64,000 nt of DNA from an uncultured Gammaproteobacteria bacterium (GCA_964348895.1 CAYGEH010000001.1:384103-448102), one strand, 5' to 3'; positions 1 through 10,486 are shown, counted from the first letter of the stretch. Translations and numbers: made by a program. The notes: generated from the letters alone by a model not told the origin.

Positions 1-350
1 AAAATCTCTATCAAAACGAAGGATGGCAAGTGGTTTATCTTGACCAAGACATTGTTGTTTTTTCCAAAAAAGAAAACACCTTGCCCAGACTGGTCTTTGA
101 CGAAAGTTTCGTTAAAAGTTTTTCTCAGACCAGCCTTGGGTTTTTTAGACTAGGCAGACTTTTCAGTTTATTCGAAAAAACAGAATTGGCTAAAGCAAGC
201 TTTGAAGAAGCTCTAAGGCTTAACCCTGACTCTTATGGGGCAAATCTTGGTTTGGCCAGTATTTACCTTCAAACAGAGAACCCAGCTCTTCATTTTAAAG
301 CGAAAGGATTAATTAGCAAAACTAACTCTTGGTGGTATCGACTATGGTGA
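1..350 (+). CDS. TPR-repeat protein, C-terminal fragment. The frame is open from the window edge and the annotated GTG at 30 is probably internal.
   Basis: TPR-like motif ALRLNPDSYGANLGLASIYL. There is no stop between position 3 and 30 in this frame. Confidence 0.3.
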   Translation, partial: NLYQNEGWQVVYLDQDIVVFSKKENTLPRLVFDESFVKSFSQTSLGFFRLGRLFSLFEKTELAKASFEEALRLNPDSYGANLGLASIYLQTENPALHFKAKGLISKTNSWWYRLW

Positions 351-398
351 CGATAACCTTTGTTGACTAAGGGGGTTTTTACTAGAAACGAGAAAGTT

Positions 399-1316
399 TT
401 AAATATTTTGGGCAAGAAAATCCTTGAGACTTGCTCTGAGCTCAGGGTTTTTAAGAGCGAGGACAAGATTAACCTTTAACCAGCGGTAAGGATCACCAGT
501 GGTAAACCATTCTCCTGAAACGATTGGCTCGGCAATGGCGACATCTTCTTTTGCCAAAGTGTTGTTGGCATCAGCAAGCCAAAGCTCGTTACCAACAGAC
601 AGTTTTTGTTTTTCTAAAACCGAAAAAATCTTTGAAGAAATAATAAAGCGACCAAACTGGACTATATTAGAAGGGGCTTTATCAGCGGGCAATTTTTCTA
701 AAACCTCTGCCACTCGATTAGGATATTTAGGATCGTTAGTATAGCGAATACTTCCATAAAGACTGGTTTCTTCCCAGGGAACTTCTTGGGCACCCAAAAC
801 TATCGCTGGTTGATACTTTTGATAAACATTAATTAGTCGAGATAAATAATTCCCTGGTTTTTCTTCAACAACGAGATCGTCACCAAACATATAAACAAAA
901 GGGTCGCTGCCAATAAAATCTTTAACTGACAATATTGGCGAAGCATTGCCATAGGGAAGTTTGGGGTCTTGGGGAGTAAAATAAATTTTGGCTTCTTGCC
1001 AAAGTTTTTTTAAACTAGCCAAGAAGGCCTCTTTGCCATTTTCTTTTAAAAAAGATTCTAGTTCTTGGTCTGGAGTAAAGTATTCAGCGAGCCTTCGATC
1101 TCCGGGGCGATGAACAATATTAATTTCAGTAATACCAGCCCCAACCATCTCCTCAACCAAATACTGAATGTTGGGCTTATCAAGGATAGCAATTAACTCT
1201 TTGGGATAGGCCTTAGTGACAGGAAGAAAGCGAGTGCCTCGTCCAGCAGCAGCGATTACTCCCTTAACAACACGAGTCATTAAAACTATCCTAGCACGAC
1301 TTTTTTCAAAGAGCAA
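399..1316 (-). CDS. galU: UTP--glucose-1-phosphate uridylyltransferase (sugar nucleotidyltransferase)
   Basis: N-terminal motif GVIAAAGRGTRFLPVTKAYPKELIAILDKP matches the GalU/nucleotidyltransferase G-x-G-T-R-x-L-P signature. Length is 305 aa. Confidence 0.7.
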   Translation of the reverse strand: MLFEKSRARIVLMTRVVKGVIAAAGRGTRFLPVTKAYPKELIAILDKPNIQYLVEEMVGAGITEINIVHRPGDRRLAEYFTPDQELESFLKENGKEAFLASLKKLWQEAKIYFTPQDPKLPYGNASPILSVKDFIGSDPFVYMFGDDLVVEEKPGNYLSRLINVYQKYQPAIVLGAQEVPWEETSLYGSIRYTNDPKYPNRVAEVLEKLPADKAPSNIVQFGRFIISSKIFSVLEKQKLSVGNELWLADANNTLAKEDVAIAEPIVSGEWFTTGDPYRWLKVNLVLALKNPELRASLKDFLAQNI

Positions 1317-1409
1317 TAATAAAAAAGTTTAAGACGAAAAATAATATTTTTTTGTCGACTGAAAGTTTTAGTGTTAAAATATTTTTATAAGAAAGAAAAA
1401 AGTAAAACA

Positions 1410-1730
1410 ATGAAAAACACCAAACAATCTTTCCAACAAAATAAAACAATCCCAGATTCGGATCTGCCAGTCTTGGTTGATTTCTGGGCCCCTTGGTGTG
1501 GACCTTGTCGAATGATGGAGCCAATCTTAACAGAGATAGAAAAAGACTTAAAAGAAAAAATAAAAGTAGTTAAGGTTAATGTTGAAGAAAGTCAAGAATT
1601 AGCTATTCAATATGAAGTAATGAGCGTTCCGACCCTGCTTTTATTTAAAGAGGGTAAGGTTGTTAGACAGTGGTTGGGGTTGCAAAACGGCGAAAGATTA
1701 AAAAAAGAAATTAATCAGGCAATATCTTAA
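1410..1730 (+). CDS. trxA: thioredoxin
   Basis: WAPWCGPCRMMEP active-site CGPC motif and about 107 aa length. The start was moved to the internal ATG (MKNTKQ...). Confidence 0.85.
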   Translation: MKNTKQSFQQNKTIPDSDLPVLVDFWAPWCGPCRMMEPILTEIEKDLKEKIKVVKVNVEESQELAIQYEVMSVPTLLLFKEGKVVRQWLGLQNGERLKKEINQAIS

Positions 1731-2861
1731 ATGAGAGGAAGAAAACTATTCTTTTTATTCCTGTTTCTTTGTTTATTTTTTGCTTTCTCTTCTAATCCTT
1801 TAGCCCAAGAACAGGCTTTAATGGAGGGGAAAATTATTGAGATTCTTTCTGAGGAGCGACAAGATGATCAATTTTATCAACAGGTTTTAGTTTTGGTAAA
1901 AACCGGTCAATTTGCCAATCAACAAGTAACAGTAGAGACTGGTTTTTACGATCCCCTAACCCAACAACAATTCAAAAAGGGCGACAGGATTGTTTTGGCT
2001 TTATCAGCCGACATTGAGGGGAATAATATTTTTTATATTGCTGATTATGTTCGTCGTCCCCAACTGGCTTTATTAGGGGCAATTTTTATTTTCCTAGTTT
2101 TGGCGGTTGGTGGGTTTAAGGGTGTTTCTTCTCTTGTTGGGCTAGGTCTATCTTTTACTATAATTAGTCTGGTGGTTTTGCCGTTAATTAATCAAGGAAA
2201 AGATCCAGTTTTAGTTAGTGTTTTTTCGTCTATTTTAATGACCCCATTATTGTTTTACTCGGCTCATGGGTTTGGTCGAAAAACAACCGTGGCGGTGATT
2301 TCCGCCGTTATTGCCCTAACCTTGACTGGAGTTCTAGCTCGGGCCTTTATTATTGGGGCAAATATTTCTGGCTTGTCTTCTGAAGAAATAGGCTTCTTAT
2401 CAATTTCTCACCAAGGATTAATCAATCCCCGAGGTCTAGTTTTGGCAGGAATTATTATTGGAGCCTTGGGGGTTTTAGACGATATTACTATTTCTCAGAG
2501 TGCAATAGTGGAAAAATTAAAGAAAATTAAACCTGAGATTAAACGCAGAGATCTTTTTACCGAGAGTTTATCGATTGGCAGAGACCATATTGCCTCTATG
2601 GTTAACACTTTGGCCTTAGTTTATGTTGGCGCTTCTCTGCCCTTATTGCTGTTGTTTATTAATAGCGCTCAACCGTTATCGGTGGTTATTAATTATGAAA
2701 TTGTGGCAGAAGAGCTAATTAGAATTCTGGTTGGTAGTATTGGCTTGATTTTAGCGGTACCAGTTGCGACCTTTTTGGCTGTGTTGTTTTGGTCAGCCCC
2801 AGCCTCGGTCAGCTTGGAAAGAAAAAACAACAGACAAAAGAATGCTAAAATAAAAAAATGA
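1731..2861 (+). CDS. multi-pass membrane protein, possibly YibE/F-like
   Basis: Signal peptide followed by more than 8 hydrophobic helices. The ATG immediately follows the trx stop. The family call is tentative. Confidence 0.35.
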   Translation: MRGRKLFFLFLFLCLFFAFSSNPLAQEQALMEGKIIEILSEERQDDQFYQQVLVLVKTGQFANQQVTVETGFYDPLTQQQFKKGDRIVLALSADIEGNNIFYIADYVRRPQLALLGAIFIFLVLAVGGFKGVSSLVGLGLSFTIISLVVLPLINQGKDPVLVSVFSSILMTPLLFYSAHGFGRKTTVAVISAVIALTLTGVLARAFIIGANISGLSSEEIGFLSISHQGLINPRGLVLAGIIIGALGVLDDITISQSAIVEKLKKIKPEIKRRDLFTESLSIGRDHIASMVNTLALVYVGASLPLLLLFINSAQPLSVVINYEIVAEELIRILVGSIGLILAVPVATFLAVLFWSAPASVSLERKNNRQKNAKIKK

Positions 2862-3148
2862 AAGAAGAAATAATCGCCATTCTGAAAAAAATAAATGACC
2901 CAGAAATAGATGTTAGCATTTGGGATTTAGGCTTAATTTATGACGTTTCTTTTAAAGAAGGAGTGGCGATGATTAAAATGACCTTAACCGCTCCGGGCTG
3001 TCCGTTTATGGCCCAACTAGTTGATCAGGTTAAGCAAGAAGTGGGAGGATTAATTGGAGTAGAAAGCGTTAAAGTTGATTTAGTTTTTGAGCCACCTTGG
3101 AGCCCAGACAAAATGACAGAAGAGGGTAGAAAAAAATTGGGATGGTAG
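2858..3148 (+). CDS. DUF59/MIP18-family Fe-S cluster assembly protein (SufT-like)
   Basis: DPEIDVSIWDLGLIYDV...MTLTAPGCPF...VFEPPWSPDKM fits the DUF59 consensus. Confidence 0.65.
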   Translation: MKEEIIAILKKINDPEIDVSIWDLGLIYDVSFKEGVAMIKMTLTAPGCPFMAQLVDQVKQEVGGLIGVESVKVDLVFEPPWSPDKMTEEGRKKLGW

Positions 3149-3176
3149 CGCTTATTGATCACCAACGGCCTTAAAA

Positions 3177-3851
3177 ATGTTTCAATTTTTCATTAACTTT
3201 AAAACTTATCGCGAAGCAACAGGAGGGAAGGCAGTAGAATTGGCAAAGATTTGCTTTAAAGTTGCCAAGCAGGAAAAGGTAAAAATTATTTCTATTGTTC
3301 AAGCTGTGGATTTATTTCAAATTAACCAGGAGATTAAGGACTCGGTTTGGACACAGCACCTTGACGGTCAAGGGCCGGGACAAGCCACTGGCTGGATTAA
3401 TTTAGAAGCAGCAATTGAGGCGGGAGCAACGGGAACCCTACTTAACCATTCAGAACACCGCCTTCCTCCCGGAACAATAAAGCAAACAATTAAAAGAACT
3501 AAAGCAACTAGTCAAGAATTCTCGACGATGGTTTGTGCAGGAACACTAGGACAGCTTAAAAGGTTAGTTTTTACCAAGCCAGACTTTCTGGCTTATGAAA
3601 TTAAAGAATTGATCGCTGGCTCAGTTTCTATTGCTAAGGCTCGACCAAGCTTGGTAAGAAAGGCGATTTGTTTAGCCAAAACAAGAAGTCTTCCCCTTGT
3701 TGTTGGAGCGGGAATTAATGGGCCAGAAGATGTTTTTTTAGCTAAAAAGATGGGAGCACAAGGAGTCTTAGTTTCATCGGCGGTGGTTTTAGCTAAGAAT
3801 CCAAGAGAAAAATTAAGAGAAATGGTTAAAGTTGATATTAAAAATCTTTAA
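3177..3851 (+). CDS. tpiA: triosephosphate isomerase, short archaeal-type
   Basis: FINFKTYREATGG N-terminal motif, length 224 aa, C-terminal VVGAGINGPEDV...GVLVSSAV. Confidence 0.7.
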   Translation: MFQFFINFKTYREATGGKAVELAKICFKVAKQEKVKIISIVQAVDLFQINQEIKDSVWTQHLDGQGPGQATGWINLEAAIEAGATGTLLNHSEHRLPPGTIKQTIKRTKATSQEFSTMVCAGTLGQLKRLVFTKPDFLAYEIKELIAGSVSIAKARPSLVRKAICLAKTRSLPLVVGAGINGPEDVFLAKKMGAQGVLVSSAVVLAKNPREKLREMVKVDIKNL

Positions 3852-3855
3852 TAAA

Positions 3856-4293
3856 ATGTTAATTTATCTTGCGGCTGACCATCGTGGTTTTTTTTTGAAA
3901 GAAAAACTAAAAACTTGGTTAAACAAGAAAGGTTTTCAGGTTAAAGACTTTGGCAACACAGAGCTGAACCCTAACGACGACTATCCTGATTTTGTACAGA
4001 AGTTGGCAGAGGAGTTGAATAAAAACCCTGAAAGTAAGGGCATTATTATTTGTGGTTCTGGTATAGGAGTGGATATTGTTGCTAATCGGTTTAATCAGGT
4101 TCGCTGTGGCCTTGGTTTTAACGAAAAGCAGATTGCTCACGGCAGAGCTTTTAACAATATAAACTGTCTAGCTTTGCCAGCTGATTTTTTAAAACTTAAT
4201 CAAGCCAAAAAACTAGCAACTTCTTTTTTAACAACCAGCTTTTCAGACAAAGCAAGACATAAAAGGCGCTTAATAAAAATTGATAAAATTTAA
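3856..4293 (+). CDS. rpiB: ribose-5-phosphate isomerase B (RpiB/LacAB family)
   Basis: MLIYLAADHRG...IIICGSGIGVDIVANR. The start was moved to the ATG after the tpiA stop. Confidence 0.8.
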   Translation: MLIYLAADHRGFFLKEKLKTWLNKKGFQVKDFGNTELNPNDDYPDFVQKLAEELNKNPESKGIIICGSGIGVDIVANRFNQVRCGLGFNEKQIAHGRAFNNINCLALPADFLKLNQAKKLATSFLTTSFSDKARHKRRLIKIDKI

Positions 4294-4295
4294 CA

Positions 4296-5360
4296 ATGAG
4301 AAAAATAACAGACTATTCAGCTGGTTTTTTTGACGGAAAAAGAGTTTTGGTTAGGGTTGATTATAATGTTCCTCTAAAAGAAGAAAAAAAAGGCATTATG
4401 GTTGACGATGACAGTCGAATTAGATTGTCTTTGCCAACACTAAGATTTTTGACTGAACTAGGAGCACGAGTTATTTTACTAGCCCATTTAGGACAGCCAG
4501 AGGGAGGCCCTGATCCTAAGCTCTCGCTTTTTCCAGTTGCCAAAAAACTAAACGAACTGGCTTTTGGAATAATTGGATATAAAAAGAAGGTGCTTTTCTG
4601 TCCCAAAACGACAGGGGGGCCAGCCAAAAATCAAGCCAAAGAAATGGAAAAGGGCCAGATTCTATTATTAGAGAATTTGCGCTTTTCTTCTGATGAAGAA
4701 AAAAACAGCCCAGTTTTTGCTAAAAAATTAGCAAAGCTAGGCCATTTCTATGTTAATGATGCTTTTTCGGCTTCTCATCGTGAGCATGCTTCAGTGGTTG
4801 GTTTGCCCCAAGTTTTACCTTCAGCCGCTGGCCTGGCCTTAATAAAAGAAGTAGAAGAATTAACGAAGATTGTAAAAAAACCAACAAGACCTTTAGTTTT
4901 AGTTGTTGGGGGAATAAAAGAAGATAAGCTCGAATTTGCTACTAAAATGATCAACTGGGCTGATCAAGTTTTACTAGGAGGGCTATTGCCAGAAAAAATA
5001 AATAGCTTCCCCAAGCTATTAAAAGAGAAGAAAGTTTTTGCTGGTCGACTTCAGCCTGACAAGCAAGACCTAGATAAAGAAACACTAAAAGACTTCATTG
5101 AAATAATTAATCAGGCAAAAACAGTAATTTTTGCAGGTCCAGTTGGTAATGTCGACCAAGGTCATTGGCAGGGAACAAGAAGTCTCCTTGAAGCGGCAAT
5201 TAAATCAGGGGCCTTTGTTGTCGCTGGGGGAGGAGATACGGAAGCGGCATTGACGAAACTTGGACTTGTTGATAGCATTAATTATATTGCTTCTGGGGGA
5301 GGAGCAATGTTAGATTTTTTAGCCAAAAGAACTTTGCCGGGAATAGAGGTTTTACAATAA
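4296..5360 (+). CDS. pgk: phosphoglycerate kinase
   Basis: FDGKRVLVRVDYNVPL N-terminal motif and C-terminal GGGD/ASGGGA motifs. Confidence 0.9.
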   Translation: MRKITDYSAGFFDGKRVLVRVDYNVPLKEEKKGIMVDDDSRIRLSLPTLRFLTELGARVILLAHLGQPEGGPDPKLSLFPVAKKLNELAFGIIGYKKKVLFCPKTTGGPAKNQAKEMEKGQILLLENLRFSSDEEKNSPVFAKKLAKLGHFYVNDAFSASHREHASVVGLPQVLPSAAGLALIKEVEELTKIVKKPTRPLVLVVGGIKEDKLEFATKMINWADQVLLGGLLPEKINSFPKLLKEKKVFAGRLQPDKQDLDKETLKDFIEIINQAKTVIFAGPVGNVDQGHWQGTRSLLEAAIKSGAFVVAGGGDTEAALTKLGLVDSINYIASGGGAMLDFLAKRTLPGIEVLQ

Positions 5361-5437
5361 AAAGAAAAATAGCGGCAAGAGCAGAAACAGGAAGAATTTT
5401 TTTGAATTGAAATTAGTTTTTTTAACTATATATAAAA

Positions 5438-6460
5438 ATGTTAAACCTAGCTATTACTGGATTTGGTCGGATCGGGAGAGTCGCCCTAAGAGCGATTAGG
5501 CAAGATTATTTAAAAAAAGTTAAGGTAACCGCAATTAACACTTCAGGGGCAATGGATGTTGCTGGATGGGCCCACCTTTTTAAATATGATAGTGTTTATG
5601 GCACTTGGCCAGAAAAAGTAACTGTTTTGCCACCAGAAGGATCAGCAGAAATAGGCAGAATTAAAATAAATAAAGATGTTTATCCAGTTTTAGCCCAAAG
5701 AAACCCAGCCAAGATCGTTTGGAAAGACTATAAAGTTAACACAATTTTAGAATGCACAGGAGCGTTCTTAGATAGAAAAGCAGGAGACCATTTTATCGGT
5801 GGTGCTAAGAGAGTTGTTCTTTCCGCTCCCCCAAAAGACAGCAAAATTCCTGCCTTTGTTTTGGGAGTTAACGATCATAAGTATAAGGGTGAAAATTTAA
5901 TTTCAAACTCTTCTTGCACTACCAACTGTGTTGCCCCCATTATTAAAGTTATTGATCAAGAAATTGGATTCCAGGAGGCTTTAATGACGACTGTTCACGC
6001 TTATACCGCTAGCCAACAAGTAGTAGATGGTTCTGATAAAGATTTAAGACGAGCCCGAGCAGCGGGAGTTAACATTATTCCTACTGGAACTGGAGCAGCT
6101 CAATCTGTAGAAGAGGTTTATCCAGAAATATCAGGTCGATTTGCCGCTTCTGCTTTAAGGGTGCCAGTTGCTTGTGGCTCTTATGCCACTTTTATTTTTA
6201 AAACTAATCGGGCCACCTCAGTTGATGAGGTTAATCAAATTTTAGAAGCTAAGGCCAGAAAAGAGTTATTTGGAGTTTTAACTGTTTCTTTTGAGCCATT
6301 GGTTTCCTCTGACGTTATTGGTAATCCAGCTTCAGCGGTAGTTGATGCTGCTTCAACCCAAGTGATTGGTGACGACTTAGTTTATGTTTCTGCCTGGTAT
6401 GACAACGAGTGGGCCTATTCTTGTCGTCTAGTGGAATTGGCGATAAAGGCAGGTCGCTAA
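5438..6460 (+). CDS. gap: glyceraldehyde-3-phosphate dehydrogenase
   Basis: ITGFGRIGR Rossmann motif, active-site SNSSCTTNC, WYDNEW C-terminus. Confidence 0.9.
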   Translation: MLNLAITGFGRIGRVALRAIRQDYLKKVKVTAINTSGAMDVAGWAHLFKYDSVYGTWPEKVTVLPPEGSAEIGRIKINKDVYPVLAQRNPAKIVWKDYKVNTILECTGAFLDRKAGDHFIGGAKRVVLSAPPKDSKIPAFVLGVNDHKYKGENLISNSSCTTNCVAPIIKVIDQEIGFQEALMTTVHAYTASQQVVDGSDKDLRRARAAGVNIIPTGTGAAQSVEEVYPEISGRFAASALRVPVACGSYATFIFKTNRATSVDEVNQILEAKARKELFGVLTVSFEPLVSSDVIGNPASAVVDAASTQVIGDDLVYVSAWYDNEWAYSCRLVELAIKAGR

Positions 6461-6509
6461 ATTCAAATTTTGATTCTTCTTTCGATTCTGTTAAAAAAAG
6501 AGAGAAAAA

Positions 6510-7169
6510 GTGATTGTTCCGACAATTTTAACCACCGATCTTGCTTTAGTCCAAAAAAGGCTGTTGTTGTTGGCCAACCAAGTAAGTAGGGTTCAGATTG
6601 ATATTATTGACGGTCGGTTTACTACCAACCAAACAGTTCTTTTGTCCGACCTTCTTGAGTTGATTAAGAGAAAAAACATTCTCTTTGATTTTCACTTGAT
6701 GGTTGACAATCCAGTCGTTTTTTTAAATCAAGACTGGCCTAAGACGACAAGCCAAATTACTGGCCAAATTGAATTAATGGCTTCCCAGCTAGAATTTGTC
6801 AAAACTGTTAAAACAAAGGGGTTCTTAGCAGGGTTAGCTCTTGATTTAGAAACAGAAATAACCAGCTTAGAGGCGATGGCGCTTGGATTAGCCGACCAGG
6901 TGTTGTTGTTGGGAGTAAAGGCCGGTTTTAGTGGGCAAAACTTTAACCCCCTGGTTTTATCTAAAATTAAAGAGCTTCTGGCTTGGAGAGAACAGGAAAA
7001 ATGGTCTTTTAAGGTTGGTCTTGATGGAGGAATCAATGAAACAAACCTAGTTTTATGTGCTAAAATGGGAGTAGATGAGTTTTTTGTGGGAAGCGCGATT
7101 TGGAAAAATAAAAATCCACTTGAAGCGATAAAGGGGCTAGAAAAAGCAAGACAGAAACAGAGAAAATAA
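6510..7169 (+). CDS. rpe: ribulose-phosphate 3-epimerase
   Basis: IDIIDGRF and FHLMV motifs, 219 aa. GTG start with an upstream purine-rich RBS. Confidence 0.65.
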   Translation: MIVPTILTTDLALVQKRLLLLANQVSRVQIDIIDGRFTTNQTVLLSDLLELIKRKNILFDFHLMVDNPVVFLNQDWPKTTSQITGQIELMASQLEFVKTVKTKGFLAGLALDLETEITSLEAMALGLADQVLLLGVKAGFSGQNFNPLVLSKIKELLAWREQEKWSFKVGLDGGINETNLVLCAKMGVDEFFVGSAIWKNKNPLEAIKGLEKARQKQRK

Positions 7170-7236
7170 AAAAAAATCTTAATAATTAAAAATAAGACCA
7201 CAATTCTTAATTAACTTTTTTTAGATTAAAGCTTTT

Positions 7237-7785
7237 ATGAAAATAACCATTTTTGGCTACTCAGACGCTAAGCCTGGAGACCCTCTCTATCAAGCTGCTT
7301 TTGAAACTAGCAAGTTATTGGCCCAAGATGGATTTACCATCGTTAACGGTGCTGGCCCAGGGGTAATGAGAGCCTCAACTGAGGGAGCTCATGCCGGTGG
7401 GGGTAAGGCAATTGGAGCCACTTTTGACTCTGAGGGAATGACTTTTTTCGAAGGACAAGACCCAAACAATAGAGTTGACACTCTAATTACTCTAAGAACC
7501 TATGTTGAGAGAACAATGAAACTGTTAGAAGAAGGTCAAACTTATGTTATTTTTAACGGAGGAACCGGAACTATATCAGAATTTGCGATGGCTTGGGGAC
7601 TAGCTCGCCTTTATTTTGGCAACCATAAGCCAATGGTTTTCTATGGTTCTTTTTGGCATGAAGTAATTGAGGCCTTAGCTAAAAACATGTTGATAAGAGA
7701 AAAAGAGAAACAGGTTTATCGCATTGTTAACAACCCAGAGGATGCGGTCAGGGCAGTTAAAGAACTGGTTCAGGCTAAAAACTAA
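7237..7785 (+). CDS. LOG-family (TIGR00730) Rossmann-fold nucleotide-binding protein
   Basis: TIVNGAGPGVM plus GGTGTISE motifs typical of the LOG / lysine-decarboxylase-like family. Confidence 0.7.
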   Translation: MKITIFGYSDAKPGDPLYQAAFETSKLLAQDGFTIVNGAGPGVMRASTEGAHAGGGKAIGATFDSEGMTFFEGQDPNNRVDTLITLRTYVERTMKLLEEGQTYVIFNGGTGTISEFAMAWGLARLYFGNHKPMVFYGSFWHEVIEALAKNMLIREKEKQVYRIVNNPEDAVRAVKELVQAKN

Positions 7786-7897
7786 ATTAATTTCCCCTTC
7801 TTAAGACAAGACCTCTAATTAAAAGCTCTTTTTTTAGGGACAAAAAAAGCCTTGTTTTGCTTCTATTTTAGCTTGTTTTATGGTATATTAAAAGTCA

Positions 7898-8725
7898 ATG
7901 TCGAATCTTCCTGTTCCTAAGTTAGAAGAAAAGGCCAAAAAGCTTCGTCGACAGATTATTGAAATAATTCATCAGGCCGGATCTGGTCATCTTGGCGGCT
8001 CCCTTTCTTCTCTTGACATTTTAGTCGCTCTTTTTTTTGGTGGGGTAATTCGCTATAACTGTCAAGATCATCGCGACCCTAGGCGTGATCGGTTTATTTT
8101 ATCTTGTGGTCATGTTTGCCCAGCCTATTATGCTGTTTTGGCCGAGTGTGGTCTGATTAATAAAGAGGAATTAGTCAATCTAAGAAGACTAGGCTCGTCT
8201 CTTCAAGGACACCCTAGCAAGACCTTTCTACCTTTATTGGATTCTTCTAGTGGCTCGCTGGGTCAAGGGTTGTCTGTGGCAGTGGGATTGGCTTTAGCGG
8301 CCAAACTAAAGGGCGAACACCACAATGTTTATTGCTTAACTTCTGATGGAGAGCACAACGAAGGGTCAACTTGGGAAGCGGTTTTGACTGCTCGTCATCA
8401 TGGTCTTGGCAACGTGGTGAACATTATTGACAGAAACGGAATGCAGATAGGTGGAGAAACAGAAACGATTTTAACCCTTGATCCCCTGGCAGAAAAATAC
8501 AAAGCTTTTGGTTGGCGAGTTTTTGTTGTTGGTGGACACGACTACAGCGAACTGTTGCACGCTATTTGTCAGGCAAAAGATTATCGCCGAGAACCAAGCG
8601 TTATTATTGCCCAAACAACCCTGGGCCGAGGAGTTTCTTTTATGGAAAATAAAGAACGCTTTCACTCTGGAATGATGTCGGAAGAGGAATATCAACAAGC
8701 AAAGAAAGAATTGAATGGAGATTAA
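7898..8725 (+). CDS. transketolase, N-terminal (TPP-binding) subunit of a split enzyme
   Basis: GSGHLGGSLSSLDIL and SCGH...Y motifs. Followed directly by the C-terminal subunit gene. Confidence 0.85.
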   Translation: MSNLPVPKLEEKAKKLRRQIIEIIHQAGSGHLGGSLSSLDILVALFFGGVIRYNCQDHRDPRRDRFILSCGHVCPAYYAVLAECGLINKEELVNLRRLGSSLQGHPSKTFLPLLDSSSGSLGQGLSVAVGLALAAKLKGEHHNVYCLTSDGEHNEGSTWEAVLTARHHGLGNVVNIIDRNGMQIGGETETILTLDPLAEKYKAFGWRVFVVGGHDYSELLHAICQAKDYRREPSVIIAQTTLGRGVSFMENKERFHSGMMSEEEYQQAKKELNGD

Positions 8726-8744
8726 TAATTAAAATTAAGAAACA

Positions 8745-9674
8745 ATGTCGGCAATCAACTTAAAATCTCAGCGAGAAGTTTATGGTGAAGCCCTGTTAGA
8801 GCTAGCCCAAAAAGATAAACGAGTTTTGGCTCTTAGTCCAGACCTAGCTTTGTCAACGGGAATAGCAAAAATAGCTTCACAGCTAGAGAAAGGAAGGTTT
8901 TTTAATTTAGGAGTAGCAGAACAAAACGCAGTTGGTGTGGCCGCCGGCTTGGCAATGGAAGGATTTATTCCCTTTCTGTCTTCTTTTGCAGTTTTTATTC
9001 CAGGAAGATCTTTTGATCAAATTAGAGTTTCTGTTTGTCAGAATAAGGCAAATGTGAAGCTGGTTGGGTCACATTTGGGCTTTTCTAATGCTGGAGACGG
9101 AGCTACGGCCCAATCAGTGGAGGATCTGGCCTTAACAAGAGTCTTGCCCGAAATGATAGTTTTGTCTCCTTCGGATGCCAATGAAACGCGGATGGCAGTT
9201 TTTGCCGCCGCCAAACACCAGGGACCAGTCTATCTTAGAATTAGTCGAGACAAAACAGCGACGGTTGTTAGCGATGATGATTTTATTATTGGTCAGGCCA
9301 AAGTGTTGATTCCAGGACAAAGCGTTACTGTTATTGGGACTGGACCAATTCTCTCCCAACTGCTTGACTTCGCCAAAGACTTAGGAATAGAATTAATTAA
9401 TTGTGCTACCATAAAGCCCCTAGACGAAGAAACAATTGTTGCTTCAGCCAAAAAAACTGGTCGGGTGGTGACAGTGGAAGAACATTCAATTATTGGGGGT
9501 TTGGGGTCAGCAGTAGCAGAAACACTATCAGCTTATTATCCGGTACCAATAATGAGAATTGGTTTTCCTGACTGTTTTGGTGAGTCGGCGCGCCAACCAG
9601 AAGAGCTTTATCATAAATATAATTTGACAAAAGAAGGAATTAAACAAAAAATAGCAAGGTTTTTAATAGAATAG
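8745..9674 (+). CDS. transketolase, C-terminal (pyrimidine-binding) subunit
   Basis: Transketolase-like pyrimidine-binding motif (GVAEQNAVGVAAGLA) and a C-terminal transketolase domain. Confidence 0.85.
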   Translation: MSAINLKSQREVYGEALLELAQKDKRVLALSPDLALSTGIAKIASQLEKGRFFNLGVAEQNAVGVAAGLAMEGFIPFLSSFAVFIPGRSFDQIRVSVCQNKANVKLVGSHLGFSNAGDGATAQSVEDLALTRVLPEMIVLSPSDANETRMAVFAAAKHQGPVYLRISRDKTATVVSDDDFIIGQAKVLIPGQSVTVIGTGPILSQLLDFAKDLGIELINCATIKPLDEETIVASAKKTGRVVTVEEHSIIGGLGSAVAETLSAYYPVPIMRIGFPDCFGESARQPEELYHKYNLTKEGIKQKIARFLIE

Positions 9675-9692
9675 CTACGAATTAAAATAAAA

Positions 9693-10448
9693 ATGAAGAC
9701 AGTAAGCTTAGAGACTATTAGCAACAACGGTCGTTTTTTAATTTTAGCCTATGATCACGGCATGGAGCATGGCACAGCAAGCTTCAATAAGAAAAATATC
9801 GACCCAGCTTATATTATGGACTTGGCCGATAGCGGTTATTTTACTGGGGTTGCCTTGCAAAAGGGAATAGCCGAAAAATATTATCAACCTCACAAACATA
9901 AGGTTCCCTTAATTATTAAACTAAACGGAAAGACTAATCTTTTGACTGAAGAACCTTATTCACCTCAGCTTTGCCAAGTTGATGAAGCAGTTAGCTTGGG
10001 GGCCAAGGCAGTAGGTTACACCGTTTATGTTGGTAGTAAACAGGAAAAGAAAATGACTACCGAGTTCGCTCGAATCGGTCGGGAAGCCGACCAGGCGGGG
10101 ATTCCTTTGATTGGCTGGATGTATCCTAGAGGAAGGTCGGTAAAAGGAAAAGAGTATAGTAAAGAGATTTTATCTTATGCGGCCAGACTGGCCCTAGAAA
10201 TGGGGGCGGAAATAGCAAAAATACCCTATACGGGAGACCCAGAAAGTTTTTCTTGGGTCTTGTCTGCGGCGGGAAAAGTGAAAGTAACCGTTCAGGGGGG
10301 AGCAAAAACCAATAAAAAAGATTTTTTTGAATTAGCTGAAGAAATAATGCACACCGGAGCCGACGGATTTATTGTTGGCCGTAATGTTTGGCAGGCCGAA
10401 AAACCTCTGGATGTGGCTAAAAAGTTAAACGAGATAGTCTTCAAATAA
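9693..10448 (+). CDS. class I fructose-bisphosphate aldolase, DhnA/archaeal type
   Basis: LILAYDHGMEHG and IIKLN...K lysine Schiff-base region, about 250 aa. Confidence 0.7.
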   Translation: MKTVSLETISNNGRFLILAYDHGMEHGTASFNKKNIDPAYIMDLADSGYFTGVALQKGIAEKYYQPHKHKVPLIIKLNGKTNLLTEEPYSPQLCQVDEAVSLGAKAVGYTVYVGSKQEKKMTTEFARIGREADQAGIPLIGWMYPRGRSVKGKEYSKEILSYAARLALEMGAEIAKIPYTGDPESFSWVLSAAGKVKVTVQGGAKTNKKDFFELAEEIMHTGADGFIVGRNVWQAEKPLDVAKKLNEIVFK

Positions 10449-10486
10449 TTTTAAACTTTTTAATCGTTAATCTTTAATTTTTAATT

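Noticed and set aside
499-744. Plus-strand 81-aa ORF antisense within galU
   Set aside because: It is fully embedded antisense in a conserved enzyme gene.
1306-1524. 72-aa minus-strand ORF overlapping the trxA start
   Set aside because: It overlaps the well-supported thioredoxin gene and promoter region. It is a hydrophobic low-complexity translation of AT-rich DNA.
7829-7857. Possible terminator CTTTTTTT-AGGGAC-AAAAAAAG after the LOG gene
   Set aside because: The stem is almost entirely A-T, so predicted stability is too low to call a terminator confidently.
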